NCBI GenBank assembly: GCA_034780895.1
Contig: JAUZTB010000062.1
Location: forward strand, 15,097,262-15,161,261
Length of the DNA: 64,000 nucleotides
Direction: 5' to 3'
Origin: Rhynchobatus australiae
Lineage: Eukaryota
Position numbers and translations under genes: made by a program. How positions within the stretch are numbered: the stretch's first letter is position 1; the number at the start of each line of letters is the position of its first letter. The notes under the pieces are model-generated. The model made no database searches. It was not told the origin of the DNA and saw only the letters and a program-made list of their open reading frames with translations. Positions 12,191 through 25,379 of the stretch are shown here, piece after piece.

Positions 12191-15100
12191 TTGACATATA
12201 TAGAGCTATGGACATGCTGATTCCTTATGTCCTGCTTTGAAATGAGGGAGCTTTAAGTAAATGTTCTCTGTTACTGGTTTTTGAGGCCTCCAATTGAATC
12301 TTATGATCGGTTTCTTTTTAAAGAAAAATGAGTGTCATGTAGAAACAGAAATAAAACAATGATTGGTAATGGAAAGTAAAAGGGGAATAAAAGCCTTAAA
12401 TGCCTTTACATTATATAAAATTATTCTGACTTCAAAAGATCTAAGGTACAGCTTTTAAAGTGATACAGTGAAGAATTTTAATACCATTATTAATGGTACT
12501 GTTTAAGAGCTTTTTTTGATCTACAAATTGTAGTCATTTTGTGGTACTTTACATTTGTTTTAATCACCAAGAACCTGCCTGGCAATTTAAACATTCTTAA
12601 ATAAAAATGACTTTACAAACTTCATACATTTTGGAAAGAAGCTAATGTTAAATTATGTACAGAATTACCACTTTACATCCTGTAGCTATTGTTTATGTCG
12701 AACTGCCATCCCCATTAAAATGATGAATTAAGTATCATGTTATATTCCATTCTTTAATTATTTTTGTTAACCTGTTTCAAAATGAAACTAATACAATTCC
12801 AAGAGTGTACAAAAAATCCTCTAGCATGTGTATTTTGAAGTCAGATGAAATGCATTTGTAAGAAGGAATATGTTGTAAAGGAAGTATTTTATGGGATATT
12901 AAATAGGGAACTAAAAATAATTGTTTCTATTAACAATCATTGTGGTTTTCTGGAAAGGAAAGTGTTATGAACTCCACCCAGTGATAACTTTGTACTAAGA
13001 ACTGGTCTCTTGCATTCTATTCAAATTGCCATTCGCACCCACTAATCCAAATTTGACTCTCATTGATTTTAGGAGGGAGGTGATTCACACAAGTCTCATG
13101 TCAACGTGATTTTTTTCCCCCAATTGCATGAACATAACTCTGAGTTAAAGTCAGCTATTAATAGCTATCTGTAAAATCCCTTAGCATTGTGATTTGAAAT
13201 ATGGATTTCTAAGACACTGTGAACATCTGCACCTTGTCAATTTGAGTACCGTATTTGCTGAACACTTTTTTTAAAAAAATTGTAATACATTATTCATTTT
13301 GCTCTTAAATAGACTTATTTAATGTAATATACATGTTTTGAAGCCTAAGGATCCATTCCACTCAGGAATTCTTACTTCAGGATTTAATTCTTTTTGTAGA
13401 GAATCATAATGGGCTGTTTTTTGGTAGTTGGAGTTTATTCTTTAGACTACTGTACATTTTGATTTCAATAATCTTCACATGGATTATGTAGTGATCTAAA
13501 GCTAAAACACGCCATGCTGGTTGTATTCTGGCAATGGAAATACTGTTTGTACTTTCTACCTTATTGGTTTTTGCCTTGGCAATGGCACTTACATCATTGT
13601 GTAAAAACCAGTGTCTATGCTGTATTGGCAATAAATGAGAAATATCTAAATACTTTTGTAAACAGTTTTCAGTTAAAATTTGTTGGTAGGTTGCATGTTG
13701 TATTAAATTATTGGTAAAATTTAGGATTAAATTTGATTTGCATAGACAGGAAAGCATTCTTTCTCGGGCAGATATTCAGGTTGTTGATTGAAAGGTGTAG
13801 TCTGAATTCCTTCTTTGTTAAACAAGGATCCCCCACACACTATTGTATCATAATGGGCCACTTGGAGAGGGTATTGAAGCATACGACATCACTGGATTTA
13901 AAGAGACTACCATGTCTCCATTCTCAAATATGGATTTAAAGCGATGCTGTAAAACTAAATGTTCCTAGAAATTATTGTTCCTGTGAGAGAAAGCAGCATT
14001 TGAATTTGATGAATATATTCAATTCGTCTTTTGCCCTCATCCATAATATATGTGTTTACTCTTACTTTATCACGTTCAAGTGGCAGCCCCATATTTATTT
14101 CTGTAGAATGTTATTTGGGTGCCACCTCAAACACCATCAGGTTATACATAGAGGCTGGCAAGATATGAAGAAAGGGGAGGGGTGGAGTTATCTGGTGCTG
14201 CATTGAAGTCCATGGATTTTGTAAGAGTGTTCTTGAAACACTAATATACATTTTCAATTGCTTTCCAGCAATGCTTGAACACATGAAAGATTTGTATTGT
14301 AAAAATGTATTTTAGATTAAATCAAGTTAATTTGATTGCTTTGAAAACTTAATTGATCCCTGAGTATGTTTAAGTAGTAGCTAATCATTTTGAAAAGTCA
14401 CTGTTGGAATTTGCAATTTGTATGGGTATAGAAAATGATTTATTTTTGCTAAAGGCAACAGTTGTTCACCTAAACCAGTACCTGAAATTCTGCTCACTGG
14501 CTTGAAATGTTTCACTTTGCTGCCTTTATTTATTTGTTTGATAGAAAAGTGTGGTCAACATGCTATTTGTTCGCCAAATGTAGTAGAGGTGGACTGAAAG
14601 GAAGCTCGTGGTTTCACAAGTGGATACTGAAGCTTCAAGAAAATGTAGCTGTTGACTTGCAACAACATGTACTAAACAAAAGCCATTTCTTTTCATGTTC
14701 TAGTATCTGTTTCTCAAACTACTTTTTAATTACAGTAAGGCACAAGTTTCATTTCTCTAAACTTATGATATACTTGTAGGGCAAAGAGTAATGTTTTTGA
14801 AGTGATTGCCATTCTGACCACAGCATCTGGCCTTGTGTTTAAAATCCAAATAATAAACATTGCAAACTATCATTTTAAATTCAGTAGAATTCTAACGTCT
14901 CTGTGCCCCTATACTTATCCGTTTTTAAGTTAGTGCGCTGTGGTAATTCCACGAGAAAGCCCCCTAAATGTACTTGTTATCATATATTTACTTTGTGTCA
15001 ACCTGGCATTAGTGGGAACAAATTGTGTTTTCTGATAGTTTACCTACAATGATAAATGACTCTGCTGTGATTATTTAATACGGAATTAATTAGCCCCCCC

Positions 15101-15654
15101 AATATGGTAAACACATTATCTCAATACATTTTCCATTGTAGTTCAGTGCTTCAATCAAATACACAGNNNNNNNNNNNNNNNNNNNNNNNNNNNNNNNNNN
15201 NNNNNNNNNNNNNNNNNNNNNNNNNNNNNNNNNNNNNNNNNNNNNNNNNNNNNNNNNNNNNNNNNNNNNNNNNNNNNNNNNNNNNNNNNNNNNNNNNNNN
15301 NNNNNNNNNNNNNNNNNNNNNNNNNNNNNNNNNNNNNNNNNNNNNNNNNNNNNNNNNNNNNNNNNNNNNNNNNNNNNNNNNNNNNNNNNNNNNNNNNNNN
15401 NNNNNNNNNNNNNNNNNNNNNNNNNNNNNNNNNNNNNNNNNNNNNNNNNNNNNNNNNNNNNNNNNNNNNNNNNNNNGTGAACCATCAGTCCAGCTTCTAT
15501 TTATTTAGTTTATTCACTTTTTTTTCTATAAATAAGCAGGGAGAAATCAGTTTTTAGTTATTAGTGCTAAATATGTGCAAGAATATCAGTCGGCATTTGT
15601 ACTCACCTCTTTCATTTCCATTGAACTCAATGCAACTAAAAGTCCAGGTACCAT

Positions 15655-15684
15655 TGTGTGTGTGTGTGTATGTGTGTGTTGTGC
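15655..15684. repeat. Imperfect (TG)n microsatellite
   Basis: tgtgtgtgtgtgtgtatgtgtgtgttgtg seen directly. Confidence 0.9.
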
Positions 15685-15859
15685 ATGCAGTTCATCTCTA
15701 TTTCCCACTATAGGTTCATAATTGGTTCTGATATTAAAAAAACACCAAAATAAAACAGTTCCTTTCAAACAGCTGATCTAAAGCACAATAATTGAGGGTA
15801 TGCTAGGTGGCACTGTGGGCTGTGAAGAGGATCCAGAGAAGCTAGATGAATAGAGATGT

Positions 15860-17470
15860 CTTGTTCCAATTATGTTGTGATCATCTTCCTAGACATTCCC
15901 TTGGGATCAAGGATAACTGGCTTCCACTCCTTTTTTTGTATTCTGATGTTGTTAATAAGGACAATATGGGAACAGCAGGCTCTTCCCGAACCATGGCTTC
16001 CCCTCTATCATAGTGGACAGAGCTCTTAACCTCATGCATCTATTTCCTGCACCTCCGCTCTCACCCCTTCTCCTCCTGGATCGAGTTCTCCTGGTCCACA
16101 TCTTCCATCCCACCAACTTCCACAATCAACGGTTCATCCTTTGCAATTTCTGCCAGCTCCAACAAGGTTCCACAATCAGACACACATTCCCCTGAATTTC
16201 CTTTCAGCATTTCAAAGGGATCACTCACTTCATCACTCCCTGATCTGCTCTTCTGTTCCACCCACCACTGTCCGTCCTCTGGCACTTCCCTTGCAACCAT
16301 AGGAAGTGCAATGCCTGTCCTTTAGCCTCTTCCCTTCTCACTGTTCAGTTATCCAAACAGTCCTTCTAGGTGAAGCAGTGATTCACCTGCACTTATTCCT
16401 ATCTAATGTACTGTATTCAGTGTTCACAATGTGGGAGATCACTTTGCAGAGTACCTGCACTCAGTGTGCAGGAGTGATCCTAAGCTTCCAGTTGCCTGCC
16501 ATTTTAATTCACCATCCCACTCCCACTGACCTTTCTGTCTGTGGCCTCCCGCATTGTTATAACTGGGCCCTCCACAAGATCGAGGAACCCCCTCATCTTT
16601 CATCTGGGCACATTGCAGCCTGCAGGACGCTAAATCAAATTCTCCAACGTTAGATAATTCACATTTTCTGTTTGTATCAGAACTGGTCATTTTTACCTGC
16701 CATTATTTTGCCCCCGGTTTCCCTTTCTTGTGTATAGCCTGCCCTGTGGGGTACGTGCCATGGTCTTACCATTTAGCANNNNNNNNNNNNNNNNNNNNNN
16801 NNNNNNNNNNNNNNNNNNNNNNNNNNNNNNNNNNNNNNNNNNNNNNNNNNNNNATTCCCTTTGTTCCACCCATCCCCTTCCCCCGTTTTTTCTATTACCC
16901 AAATTAAATTGTTTCTCGTTTTCCATGTTCTGGTGAAGTGTCCGAGATCTGAAGCATTGACTGTTTCTCTTTTCTGTTTCCAGCATCTGCAGTTTTTTTG
17001 CATTCTTCCACGAATGGGGCAGGCAGGCAGGTGAGTTGTTTGTGAGATGAGCCACTCCTTCTGCCACACCACTTAACGTTCCTGATGCAGTCTCAAGGTT
17101 TTCAGTACCATTTCAGATGCTCCTTCTCCACTTTGAGTGGTCATGGGCCAGAGATTCCCAGGAGTCAATGGGGATGTTCCATTTCTTCAGTCAAGCTTTG
17201 AGGAAATCCTTGATCATTTTCTCTGTCCACTTAGTAATTTCTTCCCAAGACAGAGCTTAGAAGAGAGTACCTGTTTCCGGAGTCTGATGTTGGGCATGCA
17301 AGAGATGTGGCATGCCTACTGTAGTTGACTGAATGTAATTAGGGCCTCAACATTGGGGATGTTGACCTGAGACAGGACGCTGATTTGTTTGTCCTTCCAG
17401 TGAATTTAGAGGATTTTGCAGAGAGAATATTGGTTGAATTTTTCCAGGGCCTTGAAACATCTGCTGTTGA
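15860..17470 (-). mobile_element. RTE-like LINE 3' end, split by a Penelope-like insertion
   Basis: 17010-17470 reads on the minus strand as RTE C-terminal sequence (VLSQVNIPNVEALITFSQLQ*ACHISCMPNIRLRKQVL...GQRK). Its 3' tail continues at 15860-15986. Confidence 0.6.
15987..17003 (+). mobile_element. Penelope-like retroelement fragment (GIY-YIG endonuclease region plus terminal repeat)
   Basis: Degenerate CNHRKCNACPFSL...PNSPSR/SFQV..FTC...VYCIQCSQC motif (~16293-16435), typical of the Penelope Cys/His linker and GIY-YIG start. Terminal segment ...tccagcatctgcagtttt. Candidate TCTTCC target duplication at 15981-15986 and 17004-17009. Confidence 0.75.
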
Positions 17471-17489
17471 TTCCTCAGATCTCAAAATG

Positions 17490-18115
17490 GCCTCTGGATA
17501 ATTGAGGAAAAGAGTTTTTGAAGATAAAGACTCAGATCTGACACAAAACTCATGGTCCAGTTATAGAAGGTACTTGTGAGACCACCTCCTGAGTATTGTG
17601 TGTAGGTCTGATCTAAGCACCTAAGGAAGGATACGTGTGATAGAATACAGATAACTGGATTGATTTTGATATGGGGGGGGGTGTGGGGGAAGTTGTTGAA
17701 CAAAGAACAAATTAAACATGCTTTGTCTGTATTCTTGAGTTTAGAAGAATAAGAGCTGATCTCATTGAAATACAATTTATTTTTCTGGGACTTCATGGCA
17801 TAGATACAGTGTGGATGGTACTGTGGCTGAAATCTAGACCTGGCAGCTACAGTCTCAAAATTAAGGGTTGGCCTTTTAAGAGAGGGATGAGAAGAAATTT
17901 CTTTACCCAGATGCTGGTAAATCTTTGGAATTCTCTACTGAAGAGGACGATGGGTGCCTCATCATTCAGTATATTCATGACTGAGAACAGATTTTAAGGG
18001 AATCAAGGAATGTGGAGTTAGTGTCGCAAAGTAGTGGCGCTGAGATAAAAGATCAGTCATGATACTGAATGGCTGAGCAAGCACAAGGTTTCCATTTTTG
18101 TTTCTGTTTCTATTA
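17490..18115 (+). mobile_element. CR1 LINE 3' end
   Basis: LVRPPPEYCV*VWS-like segment and SLKIKGWPFKRGMRRNFFTQMLVNLWNSL, the CR1 C-terminal motif, followed by a CR1-like tail. Confidence 0.85.
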
Positions 18116-21100
18116 TATGCCCAAGATCTTGAATGTTGATAAACTGAATTAATCCGAGTATCTTAATTTAGATTCAATCCAGGACAGCCAATTGTGTTTA
18201 AGCAGATTTGGCCTGATTGTGGCTCATTTCATATTATTCCCTGAAGATTCTTATTGCAAAAAGAGAACCATAGAACTGATTCTGTACAGGGTGCTTCTAT
18301 CAGGCTGAAGTGCAGAGTCAAAGCAAGGTTATGCTGAGGACAAACTGGTTTATTTGGTTCTCAAGCAACTATTATATAGTAAAAGGATTCATGCTTACAG
18401 CAGCAGAATACACTTTAAAACACGGTTTAATCAGCCCTTTGTTCTGTGAGAAGCAGTCACATATCTTCGATAGTTTTCAGCACTGAGCATTTAGCAAAAC
18501 TATTGATACCTTTTTCACCCTCCTGCATCTCTCCCAGCTTGTCTTTCTTGTATGCTGAGGTGGTTTGATGCAGCCAAATAAGGTGGTGATTTTCCGCTCC
18601 TCCTCTGAGTCCTTTGTTGCCATACAAGGAACTGTTTTTCTCCACCTCTGCTCACATGTCTGTTCCCTTAGTTAAAACATTTTGCTTTTGTGATTACTGT
18701 GAAAACTGCCAGTTCAGCAGTGACGCTGCTTTAGATGTAACACATAGGTCATTATCATCATGAATCCTAGTTCTTGTGGTTTTCCTACCAACATGATACA
18801 CCAAATCTGGGAAAGTGGCATAGAATGTACAATGGGGAAGTGTACTATTTTCAGAACTGTCGTCCTTAATATTGAGGAAAACCACACTTTATTTTTCATG
18901 GAATGCATAATGTCAATTGTAAAGGAAACTGTATGGGGGGGGGAGCGGAAGGGCAGATTTAAAGAAAAGTGCAATATTCAAAGATTGTGATGTGTTTTAA
19001 CAGCTTACTAAAACCAATAAAGAATCTGTTGGCCCTTTTCAGCTAACCAGTTTTACATACAAGTATGCCGATAAGAATTTATGTGAGTTGAAATGTTGTA
19101 AACATTAGTTCGTTTGCAGTTTATACTTTGTTGAAAGAAGGAATGCTATCTGCGCAGTTCGTAAGTTTGTATTAATGTTCATTTGGATCTTAGCGGAAAG
19201 CACAATAATGAAACATTCTTATTGAGCTCGCTACTCTTTCTTTGGCCTAATTTGAAAGCTGACAAATAAATCATGCATATTCATTTCTGTAGCATATAGT
19301 AATTCATGAAGTTCTGTAATTGCATTTTTGAATCTGAGAGAAGATTTTGCAGTTTTTTATACCATTATTCATATTTTATCCATTTTTATCTTTAGCAAAG
19401 ATAAAACCTGATGTAAACAATGAAAATTTTTGTCAGCTTTCAGAAGTGGTTTTGTTCACAACTGAAAATGGATATAGATCCTCTGTACTTTCAACATACT
19501 GAGCCAAATTCTGACGTTATGTACTGATTATATTCTTTGATTTACAAATAGGTGGGTTGCTCATCAGTGGTGGATAAAGGGGAGTTAGAAACCCAGAAAT
19601 TTGGCAGTTTTAACATATGCTTCCAATTATTTCAGTCCCTTGATCCCAATGGCTTAGCAGAGCTCTTAATTTCAAAGTAAAGACATTTCTTTCCTATCAC
19701 CCTTAATTATATAATAACCAATTTCAATTATTTGGTAGCTTTGATCATTTTAAATTGGGTTAATTTTGAATGTGATGGCCAGCAATAAGATTCTGGTTTG
19801 AGAAATGCCTTTTCATCAGATCAGGTGGTTTTTTTTAGGACTTGTAGGAATATGTGTAGAAGCTTGCTCTTTGATCTCTATAAACGTGAAGAATTACTTG
19901 TTCGATCTCAGGCTTTTTCATCCAAAGACCAAATGTGGATCTTAAATTGTTTGCTTTGGAAAATAAAGTTCTGGAAAATTCTGCTACTTGTTAGTGAGCT
20001 TTTTTATTATTGTAGTCTGCTTGTTTATATGGCAGTTAAGCCATATTTAAAAATCTGCTCTTTTTCAGGTTATAATCATTTGTGCAGATGAGGCAGGCTG
20101 TTCAAATTGATCAGGTCATTCTTTCCGAGAAACTAATGATTTTGCAAAAGTCTTTCTTTCCTCAAATTTAAGTTTAACATGGTGTCATGTTCCTGATTTC
20201 CAGATAACTGTGCATCTTGCATTTCTCTTTTTCATGTCTTTCACTTCTATTCAGAGTTGAAATTCCTAATTTTTTTTTCCCAGTCATTCCTCTCGATGTG
20301 GTCCTCTGGGATTTGAGATCTGTGCTGTTGGGGTGNNNNNNNNNNNNNNNNNNNNNNNNNNNNNNNNNNNNNNNNNNNNNNNNNNNNNNNNNNNNNNNNN
20401 NNNNNNNNNNNNNNNNNNNNNNNNNNNNNNNNNNNNNNNNNNNNNNNNNNNNNNNNNNNNNNNNNNNNNNNNNNNNNNNNNNNNNNNNNNNNNNNNNNNN
20501 NNNNNNNNNNNNNNNNNNNNNNNNNNNNNNNNNNNNNNNNNNNNNNNNNNNNNNNNNNNNNNNNNNNNNNNNNNNNNNNNNNNNNNNNNNNNNNNNNNNN
20601 NNNNNNNNNNNNNNNNNNNNNNNNNNNNNNNNNNNNNNNNNNNNNNNNNNNNNNNNNNNNNNNNNNNNNNNNNNNNNNNNNNNNNNNNNNNNNNNNNNNN
20701 NNNNNNNNNNNNNNNNNNNNNNNNNNNNNNNNNNNNNNNNNNNNNNNNNNNNNNNNNNNNNNNNNNNNNNNNNNNNNNNNNNNNNNNNNNNNNNNNNNNN
20801 NNNNNNNNNNNNNNNNNNNNNNNNNNNNNNNNNNNNNNNNNNNNNNNNNNNNNNNNNNNNNNNNNNNNNNNNNNNNNNNNNNNNNNNNNNNNNNNNNNNN
20901 NNNNNNNNNNNNNNNNNNNNNNNNNNNNNNNNNNNNNNNNNNNNNNNNNNNNNNNNNNNNNNNNNNNNNNNNNNNNNNNNNNNNNNNNNNNNNNNNNNNN
21001 NNNNNNNNNNNNNNNNNNNNNNNNNNNNNNNNNNNNNNNNNNNNNNNNNNNNNNNNNNNNNNNNNNNNNNNNNNNNNNNNNNNNNNNNNNNNNNNNNNNN

Positions 21101-23649
21101 NNNNNNNNNNNNNNNNNNNNNNNNNNNNNNNNNNNNNNNNNNNNNNNNNNNNNNNNNNNNNNNNNNNNNNNNNCTCTTCACTTTTAATTACTTTATTTTT
21201 CCTGTTATTATCCACCTCACTGGAAGGCAAACTTTTTCCTCAATAATTTTTTCCTGAGCATATGGCTAAGATTAGAAAACTGAAAATTGTTCTTAAGTCA
21301 AAGCAATGACCACACTTCAGAAAGTAATCAAAGTTCCAATAAAAAGCTAGTTAAGTTCAGCAATAAACTGCATGCAAGATATGGTCATATTGGCTATATT
21401 TCATGTGATTATTTTATTATAAACATTGGAATGATGTTTAATGCCTTAATTTACAAATCCTATGATTGCTTCACTGCATCGGTATCTACAACCTTCTTCA
21501 GCCTCTGCTCTTAATTCATTCTAGGTTCATATTTTTCAGATTTAAATCCTAAAAACAAAACTTTTTTTCATCTTGCCACATTGCTCCCAACATTAAAAAC
21601 TTCTTAAGCTTTGGAATAACTTGGTTGCATTTCCTTGGTTGCTCTCAATCTTCAATAAACCATTCTACAGCACATTAGAACATTTTAAAACTTAACTTTC
21701 ATTTACATAATTCCTTTAATGCATTTAATGAATTTGCATGACATAAGACGTTGAACCAGTAAATTCCTGGGTGTTGGTGAACATGGCATGATAGCACACT
21801 AAGGTTTTGCCCTGGCATTCTTGCTTTCTGATCACAGTAATGCGAGATAAATTCTGTGTGTTTGCCAGTTAGGAAATGCATGCAACATTTATAGTTTATG
21901 ATGGCAATTGGACCCCTAGGTTATATTATTATGGTGAAAAAAATCAATAATAAATTGTTGCTTTTTAATAAGCCAGTTTTCTTGTCAACTGCTACTATTT
22001 ACAAATAGGATTCTTCTAAACCCCTTTTCATGATGCACACCTTAACTTTACAAGGATGTTTTAATCACTGATCTTATAGTAGCTGAGCTTATAACCTTTA
22101 AGGACATAAACCCCTAGAATTCAGCACATTGTCCATACACCTTAATCTTTGTGGGGCAGAATTGTCGCATAAAATTAATCTCCTTTTACGATTAGTAACA
22201 GTACACTTCACATGCACAAGATTCAATTTGCATTTTAATGTGCATGTCATGTGTGCATACTTCATGCAGATGTGCACAGACATTGTTAATCCATGATGAT
22301 CAACAGCATCATGGAAACTGCATGATCAACAAACTGCATGGGGATTGTCCAGAATTTACCATGATCAGACACTTAATTACTTTGGCTAAAAGATCATTGG
22401 AGGCAATATTAAGCAATCCACTTCATTGCCACCCTAAATTTTCATTGCCATCCAGCGTCGCTGCATCATGTGTAGTATGTGCTATGTACAAAGATGGCAG
22501 TAATGCAAAAGTTTTCTCCCCCCTTTCAGCTATGGCTTTGACTTGTACCAGACAGAAAGACGATGGCTGTTGAAGATTGACTACTGTACTAATTGCTCAT
22601 GGTGTGCTCCAAGTAGCATATCATCCTCTCATATCTTCCCTTATCAGAAAGGTAGATCCTCACCATCTTCAATTGTAATTAGGACAAGCAATAAATGAAG
22701 AGCTTCCAGCAACAACTACCACCCATGATTGCTGTATTGACTCATGAACTTAATTGCTTTGGCTGCATGATTGTTAGAAGCTGTACATGCTAGGTAGTGG
22801 AATTCAATTCCTTATTTCAGAAAGTATTCCACAAGCTGCAAGGTGCAGGTTAAAAAAATTCTGCACAATTCCAACTACATACGAGAATCTATTTAGCAAA
22901 ACTAATCTGCTTCATTTGCNNNNNNNNNNNNNNNNNNNNNNNNNNNNNNNNNNNNNNNNNNNNNNNNNNNNNNNNNNNNNNNNNNNNNNNNNNNNNNNNN
23001 NNNNNNNNNNNNNNNNNNNNNNNNNNNNNNNNNNNNNNNNNNNNNNNNNNNNNNNNNNNNNNNNNNNNNNNNNNNNNNNNNNNNNNNNNNNNNNNNNNNN
23101 NNNNNNNNNNNNNNNNNNNNNNNNNNNNNNNNNNNNNNNNNNNNNNNNNNNNNNNNNNNNNNNNNNNNNNNNNNNNNNNNNNNNNNNNNNNNNNNNNNNN
23201 NNNNNNNNNNNNNNNNNNNNNNNNNNNNNNNNNNNNNNNNNNNNNNNNNNNNNNNNNNNNNNNNNNNNNNNNNNNNNNNNNNNNNNNNNNNNNNNNNNNN
23301 NNNNNNNNNNNNNNNNNNNNNNNNNNNNNNNNNNNNNNNNNTACCCAAGGTGATCAATGATTGTCTCGACAATGGAGGTTGCTGAAGGCCATGAAATGTA
23401 ATCACAGTCAATTCCATCAAACAAACAAGGAAGGAATGCTGCTTTCATTATGTGGTCTGCACTAAATGTAACTCCAGTTGCCAGTAATGTGATTGATTTG
23501 TAACTGTCCTCTGAAATGACCAAGCAAGCTAATTAGTTCAAGGCCAATTGGTAGGGGCAATGATTGGGAGCCTTGTTCATGGCATGCAAATGGATTTTTT
23601 TAAGAGTGACTGATCCATCCTTGAACTGTGTCAAATTAAAATGAACAGC

Positions 23650-25150
23650 AACAATCTGAAATAACTGGCTGTCATTAAGGAAGAGGATGGCAGAGGCCTG
23701 CTCCACAGAACTACCACTGCTTCCTGGAGGAGGACATCAGCAATCGTCGTAATTTGTTGAAAAGCTTATTGAGAATCATTATTTGGAGCAGGGACAGAAG
23801 CAGTCTCACCTTGCTGGGGCAGTGAATTTAATTTCCACTGCTGTTCTCGGCTGCTGAATATCTTGTGATGGAAGGCTGCTACCCATCGCTGTACCATAGT
23901 TGGGTGAACAAATGTTGGCAGGAACTTGGCCACCACCTTCACACTGAAAAGGAAAGGTTCCAGATTCCAGTGCAAAGAAAAGTGCAAGTCAGAAAACCAG
24001 CTCTTCCAAGCGGCCTGACATCTCACACAGGGGCATAGTGCTCCAAGCAACTCAGTGAGCTTGGTCCTTGGCATTCATCTATTGACCGCCCCATTACAGT
24101 CCTTACCTGAGTTCACCAGACCAGAGGTGGTGTATGACTTTGCCCTCTGGGCAGCTGGCATACAAACCACCCTTTCCCCTCACCTGCTTGGTCTGCTCAT
24201 TCGTAAGCATTCACCTTGTACAGATCACATCTCTACACTAGTCGCCAGTGTCAGCAAAGTGCCAGGATCCGGCTATCGGACAGAGTGACACGATGCCTAT
24301 TTCTTCCTTTCACGTACTCTGGTCTAAGCAGCTGCTATTTTAGTATCTAAACTGAGAAAGCCACAAAGGTCTGGGCACAGTAAAGGGAGAGCACAAGGGA
24401 GGGGACATGTTGAGGCCATCTGAGACTTTTAAGACAGAACATGGTGTGGGGTATGAGAAACAGGATTACATATGACCATATAGACAAATTCAGTGATTTC
24501 TGATCCTCTGCTGTCGACCAGCTCTTTAGTTGCCAAGCTCATGATTGCTAGCACCCTCTATTCAATGTAGCTAAGCCTAAGCCCCACTTCCTTTGGTGTT
24601 GCAAGTAATGATTACATGATCTTCTGCTAGAGAGAGGAAGGAGTCTTGGTGATTGTGTTGTAGTGACAAAGTGATCTGCCTGACATGATTGAATAGCTGG
24701 AAGTGTGTGAAAGGGATGAAACATGTATGTGAGTGGTGCAATGATTTTTGTTCCTAATAAGGTACATGAACATTATGTAGTAATGTTGATTACTGGGGCC
24801 TGTGGCAATGTGGTCAAATGGGTAGTGTGTGAGTGAGGTTGTACTTTACAGTCTTACAGCAGCTTACACTACCCTGAACCCCACATGTAAGGACATTAAG
24901 TTTTCAACACTCAGATCATGTCTTAATAGAGCAGTGCCACCCTTTCCTGTCCAACTCTTCCCAATGCTGCTTCATTTCTATCCAGGAAGGTTTCCTGGGC
25001 CCCTAATGAGCTTGAGGGGGAATGGTGTGCTGCTCCTGGTCTGTGGCACAGTCCTTCCACAAATGTCTCTCCAGCGGCACTATGACTTTCAGCAATAGCT
25101 GATCACCTTTTTAGGTGGTGCAAGGATTGTATGAATTATTAATGGATGAT
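23650..25150 (-). mobile_element. Possible decayed PIF/Harbinger element (Myb/SANT-like gene relic)
   Basis: Minus-strand reading of ~24870-25090 gives a frameshifted AALETFVEGL...AAWEEL...RKLNVLTC pattern reminiscent of the Myb_DNA-bind_5 domain of Harbinger ORF2. Weak similarity; boundaries uncertain. Confidence 0.3.
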
Positions 25151-25379
25151 TTCAGCTGGTGCATGTGACTCCTGAAATAAAGTATGATCAATATTTTGAA
25201 GTAGGCATAAGATCAAGACTGATATCTCTTGAATGTGTGAATCCCTGTACAAGATGAATAGCACCAGAAAAAAAGGGTTAATTACGCCAATCAGCATCAT
25301 TTTACATTGTGTTTATATGCCTAATTACATTTCTGCCCTATAATATCCTGTTATTTTTGGCATGAAATTTAAAGTACTA

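Noticed and set aside
20174-21257. Longest ORFs in the track (284-346 aa), and similar ones at 15090-15508, 22787-23523 and 50255-50702
   Set aside because: They consist almost entirely of X residues from N gaps; artefacts of translating unknown bases.
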